A stretch of DNA of 64,000 nt from Macrostomum lignano (Eukaryota): contig NIVC01003211.1 of assembly GCA_002269645.1 (NCBI GenBank), positions 3,460 to 67,459 of the forward strand. Direction: 5' to 3'. The notes under the pieces were generated by a model that was not told the DNA's origin, made no database searches, and was given only the letters and a program-made list of their open reading frames with translations. The translations under genes and the position numbers were made by a program. The first letter of the stretch is position 1, and each line of letters begins with the position of its first letter. Below are positions 1-12,200 of this stretch, one piece after another.

Positions 1-734
1 TCAGTATTTTCAAGATTTGATATAATATCTTAAGTGGAGAGCTTTAATTATTTTACTATAGTACTAAATTTAACTAATAAGTATTGGTTATAATAATGGT
101 ATTCAAAAACAACAAATTTTACAAAGTGATACTTAATTAGCAATTTGAAGTAGGTTAAAAATGAATTAATAGCTTATAATTTTATAACATATTTTTAATG
201 GCCATTTCTAACCTGAATTTTCAAGATAACAAATATAAAAAACAAGGTTTCCAAATCATAAAATACTTGATATATTTTATATATTTGAAATATAGATATA
301 AAGCTAAGATAAATTACTAACTAAGTAAAAAATAAAAGATTAAAAAATCTATAAATAGTTTATTTTTAATATAATGAGCTTGTATATTTTATACAAATTT
401 CTACAATATAAATTTATTAGAGCTAAATATTATCATTAAAAACTTTGTCTGAAAATAGAAAAAAACTTTAATAAGATTACTTGATTTCATTTTTGACAAT
501 ATTTTATATATAAATATTCTTATTAAATAAAGCCTTTCATATTATCACTGATTAAACTACCAGTTGCCTAACAAAAAATATTGAATAGCTTATAAATTCT
601 AGAAAATGTTAACTTTAATCTTTTATTTAAATAAAAGGATTCAACATTCTATTTAAAATTAAAAAGTTTATTTTAGAATTTGTATAATAAATTAAGAGAC
701 ATAAAAATATTATACTGAAAAATAGTCTTCTTAC

Positions 735-1198
735 AGTTTATGAACAAGTAGTAGGTGCCTTTGTTCCCCAGAATCCATCAAGCTTCTGATTTCTTCAATT
801 TTGCTTGGTGCACTAAACACATATGACATATTATTAGTAGCAGTTGTAAGTCTTTTGTGGCGTTGGAACTCATCTTTTACTGACTCAATTTTTGCTTTCA
901 GTGTTGGTGTTCGCTCTAACTGTGCAGCAAATTCTTTCAAGAGTTTTTCAACAACTTTAACTTCACTCTCTGCATTCTTCAAAAGATTCACACCCTTTTT
1001 AATACCATCCAATTGACTTTCCACAGCAGTCTTAAGTTGTGAGTCGTAATCTTCTTTTTTCTTAATGTTTCTCTTGATGTCGTGTTCTAGCTTGTCAAGA
1101 TCGTCGGGCTTGCTATAGCGCTGTTCAATATCAGCAATGGCAGCGCTCTTAGCTCGCTCTTTTAGGCCCCGAAGTTCCTCAGACACAACAGCATCCAT
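735..1198 (-). CDS. EXOC3: Exocyst complex component 3 (Sec6), first coding exon; gene continues off the left edge
   Basis: Translation (…KPDDLDKLEHDIKRNIKKKEDYDSQLKTAVESQLDGIKKGVNLL…LLLVHK) resembles the Sec6/EXOC3 N-terminus (PDQLDKVEQ…RLKAAIQSQLDGVRTGL). The ORF ends at a GTAAGA donor (734-729), phase 2. Confidence 0.9.
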
Positions 1199-1557
1199 AC
1201 CGAAGACAAACTTCCATAAAATCTAAAAGCTTAGAATTTTAAAACGGAAGATTCCGCCTCGTCTGCCCAAATTTTTTAGTGTCCTAGGAAGGAAAGACCG
1301 TCACATACAGATTGGCAGAAACAAAAAACAGATATCGAGGAAGAAGATCGAGCTCGTCACGTCTTCTTGGAATTTTCGTTGTTTGAGCTGAAGAACTAAA
1401 ATAAACAAAATGCACAAAACTATTCACCCCTCAGATATTACTACGACGAAATCTTAACTTTTGTAAAAAATCGACTTTTACTATTAGAAATTTATAATTA
1501 GGAGATTTCGATAACTAAAGTAATTAATTAACAGATACCAAGTCATGCATTTTGCTT

Positions 1558-1604
1558 GGGGGGATTTCCCTGACAAACGTCCTTTACAAGGGGGGATTTC
1601 CCTG
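1558..1604. repeat. 15-bp perfect direct repeat GGGGGGATTTCCCTG x2, upstream of EXOC3
   Basis: Copies start at 1558 and 1590. Each contains a GGGRNNYYCC (kappaB-like) match; function unknown. Confidence 0.6.
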
Positions 1605-3314
1605 GCAATTTTTTTGCTGCGCCGGAACGGAGCAACGCATGCACACGTAATTCAAGAACACGGGCTAACTTTTTGTTGCGCACCTCCTTATATAATCGAA
1701 TCGAATCAACAGGCTAGGTCCAGCTAATAGATCGAGACCTCCGGACCGTCGAGATATTCGACGATTCTTCCAGAAAGTCAGAACAAGCGTATTCAGTACA
1801 CTCCTGTGCGCCAATTAGCACTGCGCCTCAGTGCAGCCTTTCCAAGCCTCCAAATTTCAATTACCTAGTCATCGACCACTGTGTCTGCATCAGCTCTGAA
1901 ATTCGTTTTTGGTCCACTGGCTTTCACTCAGACGGAGTCTGGACCTCCAACAGCTGTCGCGTCATCAGACTCATCCCATCGGGTTGAAGAGAGACTGTTT
2001 GAGAGTCTAGCTGAGAATGGACCAGGATTTAAAGTTTGCCCATTGACACTTGGTCAGCGACATTGACTATGACTATGGCGGGTCCATAGTCACCTGGTGC
2101 ACCACCTGTTGAAGGTCCAGAAGCTCTCCGCTTTCGCAGGCACGGCGGAGCCGGGAGGCAGGATTGGCAGTTGCCTTCCTAGGGCTCATTGCCTTCCCAA
2201 TAGACAGATATTACAATAGACGGATTGACATTTCAATAGAGATGATAAACATTAGTTAATCTTGTTTATATAGTTCTATAGCTGTGTTTTACAGAATTCT
2301 TCTGCAAAACTACAGCTTAAGTTTTCTGATGATCCGCGATTAGAACTCGTATATGTATTTAAGCCACAATTAAATAGCATTCAGCTTTAATGTACATCAG
2401 AATAGTAATTTCAAATTGATGCTAGCTTGTATTTGTAACAAAAACATTTGTTATAATACTTGTAAGTCATTTCTTCATGCATATTTATATGTACCATGGC
2501 TCCATTTTCCGCATCAGGTCAAACGAACCATGTGGCAAGAAAATTTGGAGCAATCGTCAGAAAATTAGCCTTTTGCTCGCCTAATTTCTCTCAGGTCTGC
2601 ATTCTTCAATAAATTTATACTGCGTGTGCATGTTTCAGAAAGTCAAAAAAACGAATCGTCTGATGCAAAAAGCTCAGTTTTCGTTTCGCTAAGGCATTCT
2701 CCAACAGCTGTCAATAAAACTTCCTCGCTTTTCAATGCTGCGTCCGCTTCTAGTGGCTCTTCTGAGAGCTCGATGCGAAATTTTCATCTTACAGCTACAA
2801 AAAAGGAAAGCCATCTACGCTCGCACTGTCCTCAAGTACGCAATTTTTCTGAGCAGGCTGCCACATGCTTCTACCAATCGATCATTTGCTCGTGAAATGT
2901 TTGTGTCAAACGTATAGCTGACTCGTCCATCGTTGGCTCACCAGCCTCCCTGGATATCGCGCTTGAAAAACACGAACGCCTCATCATCATCGCCTCATTC
3001 ATGCCGTGCTTCTCTCTGCTGCTTGTGTCCCTGCAGCAGGCCGCCCGCCCCCTTGGTTGCACCACTGTCGCAATACATTCCTGCAGCGGAAGTGAATAAA
3101 TTGAGGATGAAAAATATCACCAGTACCTATAGCTACTAAAATTTAACTGACGAAGGAACCTCATACCAGAAATTAGAGAAGACATGTAGTATTGATTCGC
3201 AGCAAGTCAGCTTTATCTATGCTCAAACATGTATAGCGTATACCGGTAGAATAAAGAGACCGGCCGTGACTGTTATGAGGAACTGACTAACTAAAAGATT
3301 CAATTCACGATAAC

Positions 3315-4274
3315 ATGGCAACCATGCTGGTGCTGTTCGTTTTTAACCTGCTGGTCCTGTCCCTGCAGCAGGTCGGGGGTTCGAATCCCGCTTGCGCCAG
3401 TCGGTGGCGGTGGCAGTGGACTCAGCTGTGCCCTCCCACTGCGAACCCGGCAGCAGCGGAGCTCCTGCAGCTGCCCAGCCAGCTCCAGTGCATCCGAGTG
3501 TGCACGCTGCGGCTGCCGAAGTGCAAGGCGGCTCACTTCAAAGACTCCGTCTGCTCTCTGGCTGTCGACTTCTCACAGCTGTCGCTCTGATCGACCCCGG
3601 GAGGACTCGGCCAGTGCAGCAGCCTCACGCTGGCGCCCGTCCTGCTGCAGCTCCTCGCCTTCTTCGACTTCAGGGAGTCGCTCGAGAAGGCGGCGGGCAT
3701 CGCGAGCATCAGCTCCGAGGGCTTCGACGTGACGAAAGACTCGAGCGGACTGCACTTTGCTGGGAGGATGACGTCATACCTGAAGCTGAGCATCCCGGGA
3801 GGTCTCACGGCGCTCATCGATCGCAAAGGAGAGAGAGCAGTGAGCTTCTTCATGAAGGTGCGACGGCCCTACAAGGCCAAGACGGTGTACATGAAGATCA
3901 CCTCTGAGGGCGATGACTATGCATGCAACTTGTACGAGAGTGACGGCCACCTTATCCTGGGCATCGTGAACCTGGACAAGAAATTCCACTCAGCCTCGGA
4001 CTTTATGCGGACGGACGCTGACCCGGGCGGCTTCTTTCTGGGCGTCGCGGTCAGCAACATCACTAGCGCCATGGCCTTCCTTGACGGCCGAGTTTACAGC
4101 TTTAACAACCCACTCCCGATCTCGGGTGACCAGACAGTTGACTCAGTGATCCGACTGGGTTACTCAACTGTGAGCAATTCCGACTGCCTGTCCGGGACCA
4201 TATTCTGTTTCGGCATCGCCCAAGGGAAGCTGAGCGGTGAGCAGCTGACAGGAGTGGCCCGCGTGTGCGGCTGA
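3315..4274 (+). CDS. Putative secreted protein: signal peptide + PAN/Apple-like Cys domain + LamG/concanavalin-like domain, interrupted by one in-frame TGA (3588-3590)
   Basis: ORFs 3315-3590 and 3729-4274 share a frame and the interval 3591-3728 is open (STPGGLGQCSSLTLAPVLLQLLAFFDFRESLEK…). Hydrophobic N-terminus; C-x3-C…C-x-A-x-x-F-x4-C-x-L pattern; beta-rich C-half (AVSFFMKVRRP). Domain calls are by eye. Confidence 0.55.
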
Positions 4275-4604
4275 CTGCATGAGATCGAACTACACGACAA
4301 TGAACTAATACAGACTTATACATTAGATTTACAGCATGCTGAAAATTAACAATAATATTACACAGTAGTTCATGGCAATAGTGCAGGGCTCCTAAATCTG
4401 CAAGAACAGCAGTCTTCCTTCCACTACTTTCTTCCAAGCCCTCTGACAGGAAGCAAGCGAAACGCTGTGCTGGACAAACAATGCAATGCATCGGCAAACA
4501 ATGGAAAATGGCAAACTTTATCGCTCAATCGCTTGGTTTGCCAAACACAGACATCGCTACTAGCAATATGTGTACCTGCCATTTAGACTGATGCTTTCCT
4601 TACA

Positions 4605-6595
4605 GACTTAGTGCCTGTCTTATAGTAGTGTCTTATTGTCTTAGTTGTCTGTCTTAGCGCCTGTATTATAGTAGTCTTATTCTCTTAGTTGTCTGTCTTA
4701 GTGCCTGCCTTATAGAACTGTCTTATTGTCTTAGTTGTCTGTCTTAGTGCCTGTCTTATAGAACTGTCTTATTGTCTTAGTTGTCTGTCTTAGTGCCTGT
4801 CTTATAGAACTGTCTTATTGTCTTAGTTGTCTGTCTTAGTGCCTGTCTTATAGTAGTGTCTTATTCTCTTAGTTGTCTGTCTTAGTGCCTGCCTTATAGA
4901 ACTGTCTTATTGTCTTAGTTGTCTGTCTTAGTGCCTGTCTTATAGAACTGTCTTATTGTCTTAGTTGTCTGTCTTAGTGCCTGTCTTATAGAACTGTCTT
5001 ATTGTCTTAGTTGTCTGTCTTAATGCCTGTCTTATAGAACTGTCTTATTCTCTTAGTTGTCTGTCTTAATGCCTGTCTTATAGAACTGTCTTATTCTCTT
5101 AGTTGTCTGTCTTAGTGCCTGTCTTATAGAACTGTCTTATTGTCTTAGTTGGCTGTCTTAGTGCCTGTCTTATAGAACTGTCTTATTGTCTTAGTTGTCT
5201 GTCTTAGTGCCTGTCTTATAGAACTGTCTTATTGTCTTAGTTGGCTGTCTTAGTGCCTGTCTTATAGAAGTGTCTTATTGTCTTAGTTGTCTGTCTTAGT
5301 GCCTGTCTTATAGAAGTGTCTTATTGTCTTAGTTGTCTGTCTTAGTGCCTGCCTTATAGAACTGTCTTATTCTCTTAGTTGTCTGTCTTAGTGCCTGTCT
5401 TATAGAAGTGTCTTATTGTCTTAGTTGTCTGTCTTAGTGCCTGTCTTATAGAAGTGTCTTATTGTCTTAGTTGTCTGTCTTAGTGCCTGCCTTATAGAAG
5501 TGTCTTATTCTCTTAGTTGTCTGTCTTAGTGCCTGTCTTATAGAAGTGTCTTATTCTCTTAGTTGTCTGTCTTAGTGCCTGTCTTATAGAAGTGTCTTAT
5601 TGTCTTAGTTGGCTGTCTTAGTGCCTGTCTTATAGTAGTGTCTTATTGTCTTAGTTGTCTGTCTTAGTGCCTGTCTTATAGTAGTGTCTTATTCTCTTAG
5701 TTGTCTGTCTTAGTGCCTGCCTTATAGAACTGTCTTATTGTCTTAGTTGTCTGTCTTAGTGCCTGTCTTATAGAACTGTCTTATTGTCTTAGTTGTCTGT
5801 CTTAGTGCCTGTCTTATAGAACTGTCTTATTCTCTTAGTTGTCTGTCTTAATGCCTGTCTTATAGAACTGTCTTATTCTCTTAGTTGTCTGTCTTAATGC
5901 CTGTCTTATAGAACTGTCTTATTCTCTTAGTTGTCTGTCTTAGTGCCTGTCTTATAGAACTGTCTTATTGTCTTAGTTGGCTGTCTTAGTGCCTGTCTTA
6001 TAGAACTGTCTTATTGTCTTAGTTGTCTGTCTTAGTGCCTGTCTTATAGAACTGTCTTATTGTCTTAGTTGGCTGTCTTAGTGCCTGTCTTATAGAAGTG
6101 TCTTATTGTCTTAGTTGTCTGTCTTAGTGCCTGTCTTATAGAAGTGTCTTATTGTCTTAGTTGTCTGTCTTAGTGCCTGCCTTATAGAACTGTCTTATTC
6201 TCTTAGTTGTCTGTCTTAGTGCCTGTCTTATAGAAGTGTCTTATTGTCTTAGTTGTCTGTCTTAGTGCCTGTCTTATAGAAGTGTCTTATTGTCTTAGTT
6301 GTCTGTCTTAGTGCCTGCCTTATAGAAGTGTCTTATTCTCTTAGTTGTCTGTCTTAGTGCCTGTCTTATAGAAGTGTCTTATTCTCTTAGTTGTCTGTCT
6401 TAGTGCCTGTCTTATAGAAGTGTCTTATTGTCTTAGTTGGCTGTCTTAGTGCCTGCCTTATAGAACTGTCTTATTCTCTTAGTTGTCTGTCTTGGTGCCT
6501 GCCTTATAGAACTGTCTTATTGTCTTAGTTGTCTGTCTTAGTGCCTGTCTTATAGAAGTGTCTTATTGTCTTAGTTGTCTGTCTTGGTGCCTGTA
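4605..6595. repeat. 46-bp minisatellite (GTCTTAGTGCCTGTCTTATAGAACTGTCTTATTGTCTTAGTTGTCT), about 43 copies, with an 828-bp higher-order duplication
   Basis: Period 46 read directly (4741 to 4787). Unit built from GTCTTA sub-repeats. Variant TAATG recurs at 5021 and 5849 (18 units apart). Confidence 0.95.
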
Positions 6596-7344
6596 TTGGC
6601 GTCTCAGTGTCTGCCTCTGTATCATTTTGCATTCAAAGCAAAGGTGGCTCCGCAGCAGCAACAGAGGCCGCAGTTAATCATTTCAAACGCAAGGAGGCTC
6701 TCTACGGAGCGAAATAACAAAGAATAAAATCCGGAGGCTACCTCTCATGATCGCGCACTGAATGTGCAGGCAGAGAACATCAGTACATTCAATAAACATT
6801 AAACAAACATATATTTTGGCGCAGTCTCAATCTGCCACACAGGGCAGAAGTCAGGGTTTGAGCGGTTGCTTTAAATTTACCGTCTTAGAAAAATTTCAAA
6901 GTCTGACACAACTGCTCCGTGCAGTGTGCCTATGATCCCAGAGTTTAACACTCGCAAGTGGAATTCGCGCATAACTTTAAAGCGCTATAGAAAACGGCTA
7001 AAACGAAACATACTTATTAACATTATAATCAATAGAAACAACTGCTTATTATCCCTTAATAATTATTACTATTTTTCATATTCATAAATTCAAAATGTCA
7101 GCAAGGTCAATTTCAGCTAAATTTCAGGCTTCAACGGTAAAAGTGCCCCCCGAACTTGCTAAAGGCACACCAAGCTATTCAGTAAGTATTTGGCAGCGCT
7201 CACAGTTTGAGAACAGGCAAAAATACGTACGTAACACAAATATAGAAGCAAATTATTCCGGATAGTTAAGGTTGGGGCACTTGAAGTGCTCAACGCATTG
7301 CTTTAAATACTCGACCGAGTGCTGAGCGGGCGGGGAGCCTGGTG

Positions 7345-7703
7345 ATACTTCTGTCTGTCTGTCTCTTTGTCTTAGTGTCTGTTTGTCTGTCTGTCTGTCT
7401 GTGTGTCTGTCTGTCTGTTTGTCTCTTTGTCTTAGTGTCTGTCTGTCTGTCTGTCTGTCTCTTTGTCTTAGTGTCTGTTTGTCTGTCTGTCTGTCTGTCT
7501 CTTTGTCTTAGTGTCTGTTTGTCTGTCTGTCTGTCTGTGTGTCTGTCTGTCTGTCTGTCTCTTTGTCTTAGTGTCTGTCTGTCTGTCTGTCTGTCTCTTT
7601 GTCTTAGTGTCTGTTTGTCTGTCTGTCTGTCTGTGTGTCTGTCTGTCTGTCTGTCTCTTTGTATTAGTGTCTGTCTGTCTGTCTGTCTGTCTCTTTGTCT
7701 TAG

Positions 7704-7738
<35 letters not shown>

Positions 7739-7747
7739 TTGTCTTAG

Positions 7748-7790
<43 letters not shown>

Positions 7791-7791
7791 G

Positions 7792-7822
<31 letters not shown>

Positions 7823-7823
7823 G

Positions 7824-7854
<31 letters not shown>

Positions 7855-7879
7855 GTGTCTGTCTGTCTGTCTGTCTGTG

Positions 7880-7926
<47 letters not shown>

Positions 7927-7951
7927 GTGTCTGTCTGTCTGTCTGTCTGCC

Positions 7952-8030
<79 letters not shown>
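7345..8030. repeat. (TCTG)n microsatellite with interspersed CTCTTTGTCTTAGTG
   Basis: Directly visible; the long ORFs here (TDRQ, LSVC) are repeat artefacts. Confidence 0.95.
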
Positions 8031-8031
<1 letters not shown>

Positions 8032-8371
8032 AAATTTTGGGCAAGCATCAGTCTCAATAATTCCAACAGGAACCTCCGGCAGATTATCAGGGACCAATGT
8101 AACGAAAGAGGAAAAAAATAAAATAATTTTCACTGAGAGTCGGGCATTCGATGCAATCAGTTTCTAGTTTAATACAGAGTCATGCGGCTCGTAGCTCTGA
8201 GGAGATGAACAGTTTACAGAGAGAGGAAACGGATGAGCCAAGTGGCATGCAAAGGAATAGAGAAAGTCAAACAAAAAGTTTTCTTTCTTTGGCGCCTTTT
8301 CAGAACTGTAACTTGTAGGCCTCAAAAATATTGTCTGGGAACTTTCAAGGGCCGCTGTTGCATTTCTGGCT

Positions 8372-9072
8372 GGGATCTGGGAGGCTGGCCCAGCAACTGA
8401 GGATCTGGGAGGCTGTGGCCCAGCAACTGAGGATCTGGGAGGCTGGCCCAGCAACTGAGGATCTGGGAGGCTGCTGGCCCAGCAACTGAGGATCTGGGAG
8501 GCTGGCCCAGCAACTGAGGATCTGGGAGGCTGGCCCAGCAACTGAGGATCTGGGAGGCTGGCCCAGCAACTGAGGATCTGGGAGGCTGGCCCAGCAACTG
8601 AGGATCTGAAAGGGCGGCACAGCAACTGAGGATCTGGGAGGCTGGCCCAGCAACTGAGGATCTGGGAGGCTGTGGCCCAGCAACTGAGGATCTGGGAGGC
8701 TGGCCCAGCAACTGAGGATCTGGGAGGCTGCTGGCCCAGCAACTGAGGATCTGGGAGGCTGTGGCCCAGCAACTGAGGATCTGGGAGGCTGTGGCCCAGC
8801 AACTGAGGATCTGGGAGGCTGGCCCAGCAACTGAGGATCTGGGAGGCTGGCCCAGCAACTGAGGATCTGGGAGGCTGCTGGCCCAGCAACTGAGGATCTG
8901 GGAGGCTGGCCCAGCAACTGAGGATCTGGGAGGCTGGCCCAGCAACTGAGGATCTGGGAGGCTGGCCCAGCAACTGAGGATCTGGGAGGCTGGCCCAGCA
9001 ACTGAGGATCTGGGAGGCTGGCCCAGCAACTGAGGATCTGGGAGGCTGGCCCAGCAACTGAGGATCTGGGAG
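8372..9072. repeat. 28-bp minisatellite (GGCCCAGCAACTGAGGATCTGGGAGGCT) with 31-bp variants, 3' of the NR2C gene
   Basis: Directly visible; the same family occurs at 38190-38462. Confidence 0.95.
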
Positions 9073-9205
9073 ATCGGCTAATTAATTCGCAAAAAATTGT
9101 ATAGAAAAGCACAAAAAACACTGAAAGTACATGTAAAAATCGGCCCAACCCTAGCAGTTGATCCGCAATCGAGGAGGGCAAGCAGGGGAGCCGCGAGCTC
9201 AGGTG

Positions 9206-12200
9206 TCAGTCAGTTGCCATGCCGGTTGTGCAACCCCCAGCGGCAGCACCTGCGGCGGCAGCGGCTCCCCGCCCGCATGCGGCTGAAGGCGGAGCTGGGG
9301 CTGCTGCGGCAGTCGGTGGCCGGCAGGTGGCCAGGATGTGCGGCACGAGGGCCTCCATGGAGACGGAGCCAATTTGCTCTGGTAGGGGAAGGGGGTGGGC
9401 GAAGGCAGCATTCATTATTATTATTATTGGAGTATTTGCTTCACTTGCTACTAGAAGTGCTATTGTTAGACCAGAAGAGGTTAATTTCCTAAATTCCAAA
9501 TCTCAGTTTGCAAATCCCAAATCTCAGTTTCCCAATCCCAAATCTCAGTTTCCAAATCCCAAATCTCAGTTTCCAAATCCCAAATCTCAGTTTCCAAATC
9601 CCAAATCACATTTTCCAAATCCAAAATCTCAGTTTCCCAATTCCAAATCTCAGTTTCCAAATCCCAAATCCCAGATTTCAAATTCCAGATCCCCAATGCG
9701 ATCCCGGTTCCCAGCGGATTCACCAGTAAAGAAGATCTCCTTGATGACGGCCTTGTCGAGGGTCCGCACCGAGTTGGCGTGCAGCAGCAGCCGGGCGAGC
9801 CGGCGCTGGCCGGCCTCAGGCGAGCCCAGGCTGTCGGCCAGGTGGTCGGACAGCTCGGACAGAGTGGCGGCCTGCAGATCGGCCACGATTGAAGCTTCGG
9901 GCTCGTCTTGTACGCAGATCGCTGCGGTGGAATGAGGTGGTTGGTGGCGATTCTCAGGGTGGTTGGTGGCGATTCTCAGGGTGGTTGGGGGCGATTCTCA
10001 GGGTGGTTGGGGGCGATTCTCAGGGTGGTTGGGGGCGATTCTCAGGGTGGTTGGGGGCGATTCTCAGGGTGGTTGGGGGCGATTCTCAGGGTGGTTGGGG
10101 GCGATTCTCAGGGTGGTTGGGGGCGATTCTCAGGGTGGTTGGGGGCGATTCTCAGGGTGGTTGGGGGCGATTCTCAGGGTGGTTGGGGGCGATTCTCAGG
10201 GTGGTTGGGGGCGATTCTCAGAGAGGTTGGGGGCGATTCTCAGGGTGGTAGGGGCGATTCTCGGGGTGGTTGGGGGCGATTCTCGGGGTGGTTGGGGCGA
10301 TTCTCGGGGTGGTTGGGGCGATTGTCATGGTGGTTGGGGGCGATTCTCATGGTGGTTGGGGGCGATTCTCGGGGTGGTTGGGGCGATTGTCAGGGTGGTT
10401 GGGGGCGATTCAGGGTGGTTAGGGCCGGGGGCGATTCTCAGAGAGGTTGGGGGCGATTCTCAGGGTGGTTGGGGGGCGATTATCAGGGATGTTGGGGGCG
10501 ATTCTCAGGGTGGTTGGGGGGCGATTCTCAGGGAGGTTGGGGGGCGATTCTCAGGGTGGTTGGGGGCGATTCTCAGGGTGGTTGGGGGGCGATTCTCAGG
10601 GAGGTTGGGGGGCGATTCTCAGGGTGGTTGGGGGGCGATTCTCAGGGAGGTTGGGGGGCGATTCTCAGGGTGGTTGGGGGCGATTGTCAGGGAGGTTGGG
10701 GGTGATTCTCAGGGTGGTTGGGGCGATTCTCGGGGTGGTTGGGGCGATTGTCAGGGTGGTTGGGGGCGATTCTCAGGGTGGTTGGGGGCGATTCTCGGGG
10801 TGGTTGGGGCGATTGTCAGGGTGGTTGGGGGCGATTCTCAGGGTGGTTAGGGCCGGGGGCGATTCTCAGAGAGTTGGGGGCGATTCTCAGGGTGGTTGGG
10901 GGGCGATTATCAGGGATGTTGGGGGCGATTCTCAGGGTGGTTGGGGGGCGATTCTCAGGGAGGTTGGGGGGCGATTCTCAGGGTGGTTGGGGGCGATTGT
11001 CAGGGAGGTTGGGGGTGATTCTCAGGGTGGTTGGGTCAGACACCCACCTGGCTCGAACATTGTCAGCAGTCGCAGGTACGCGAACTCCACGCCGGTCACC
11101 TGAGAGTCGGTGAACATGCCGACAATCTTCCTGAGTTTCGCCAGCTCAGTCAGCAGCTTGCCGACGTCCGGGCACTGGGAGTCGCCGGCTGTGGGTTTCA
11201 GTTCAGATATGCGCCATCATTTTCTGGCCGAGCTGCCATGAGTATAGCTGATTTTGAGGGTGATTCTCGTGAGTCTAAGGGTCCTGAATAGTTGTTAATG
11301 ATCCTAAATGATTGTTAATGGTCCTGAATGGTTGTTAATGGTCCTAAATGATTGTTAATGGTCCTGAATGGTTGTTAATGGTCCTGAATGGTTTTTAATG
11401 GTCCTGAACGGTTGTTAATGGTCCTGAATGGTTGTTAATGGTCCTGAACGGTTGTTAATGGTCCTAAATGATTGTTATTGATCCTGAATGGTTGTTAATG
11501 GTCCTAAATGATTGTTAATGGTCCTGAATGGTTGTTAATAATCCTGAACGGTTGTTAATGGTCCTAAATGATTGTTAATGGTCCTGAATGGTTGTTAATG
11601 GTCCTAAATGATTGTTAATGGTCCTGAATGGTTGTTAATAATCCTGAACGGTTGTTAATGGTCCTAAATGATTGTTAATGGTCCTGAATGGTTGTTAATG
11701 GTCCTAAATGATTGTTAATGGTCCTGAATGGTTGTTAATGGTCCTGAATGGTTTTTAATGGTCCTGAACGGTTGTTAATGGTCCTGAATGGTTGTTAATG
11801 GTCCTGAACGGTTGTTAATGGTCCTGAATGGTTGTTAATGATCCTGAATGGTTGTTAATGGTCCTAAATGATTGTTAATGGTCCTGAATGGTTGTTAATA
11901 ATCCTGAATGGTTTTTAATGGTCCTGAACGGTTGTTAATGGTCCTGAATGGTTGTTAATGATCCTGAATGGTTGTTAATGGTCCTAAATGATTGTTAATG
12001 GTCCTGAATGGTTGTTAATAATCCTGAATGGTTTTTAATGGTCCTGAACGGTTGTTAATGGTCCTGAATGGTTGTTAATGGTCCTGAACGGTTGTTAATG
12101 GTCCTGAATGGTTGTTAATGATCCTGAATGGTTGTTAATGGTCCTGAATGGTTGTTAATGGTCCTGAATGGTTGTTAATGGTCCTGAATGGTTGTTAATA

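Noticed and set aside
2281-2316. 36-nt near-perfect hairpin GCTGTGTTTTACAGAA-TTC-TTCTGCAAAACTACAGC
   Set aside because: Too short for a pre-miRNA, with no TSD or context; likely a MITE scar or chance.
3373-3399. tRNA-like GGTTCGAATCCCG…CCA
   Set aside because: No A-box, D-arm or acceptor-stem partner upstream; lies within the coding frame of the secreted-protein ORF.
4275-4600. SECIS element for the in-frame TGA at 3588
   Set aside because: ATGA motifs are present but not followed by the required 11-12-nt stem, AA loop and GA; not supported by eye.
7290-9181. Long ORFs ([24 protein letters not shown] repeats)
   Set aside because: Stop-free translations of TCTG and 28-bp arrays in several frames and both strands; not genes.
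9889-11103. Gly-rich ORFs [16 protein letters not shown] resembling prion or structural repeats
   Set aside because: They are antisense readings of the 22-bp array that fills a phase-consistent NR2C intron.
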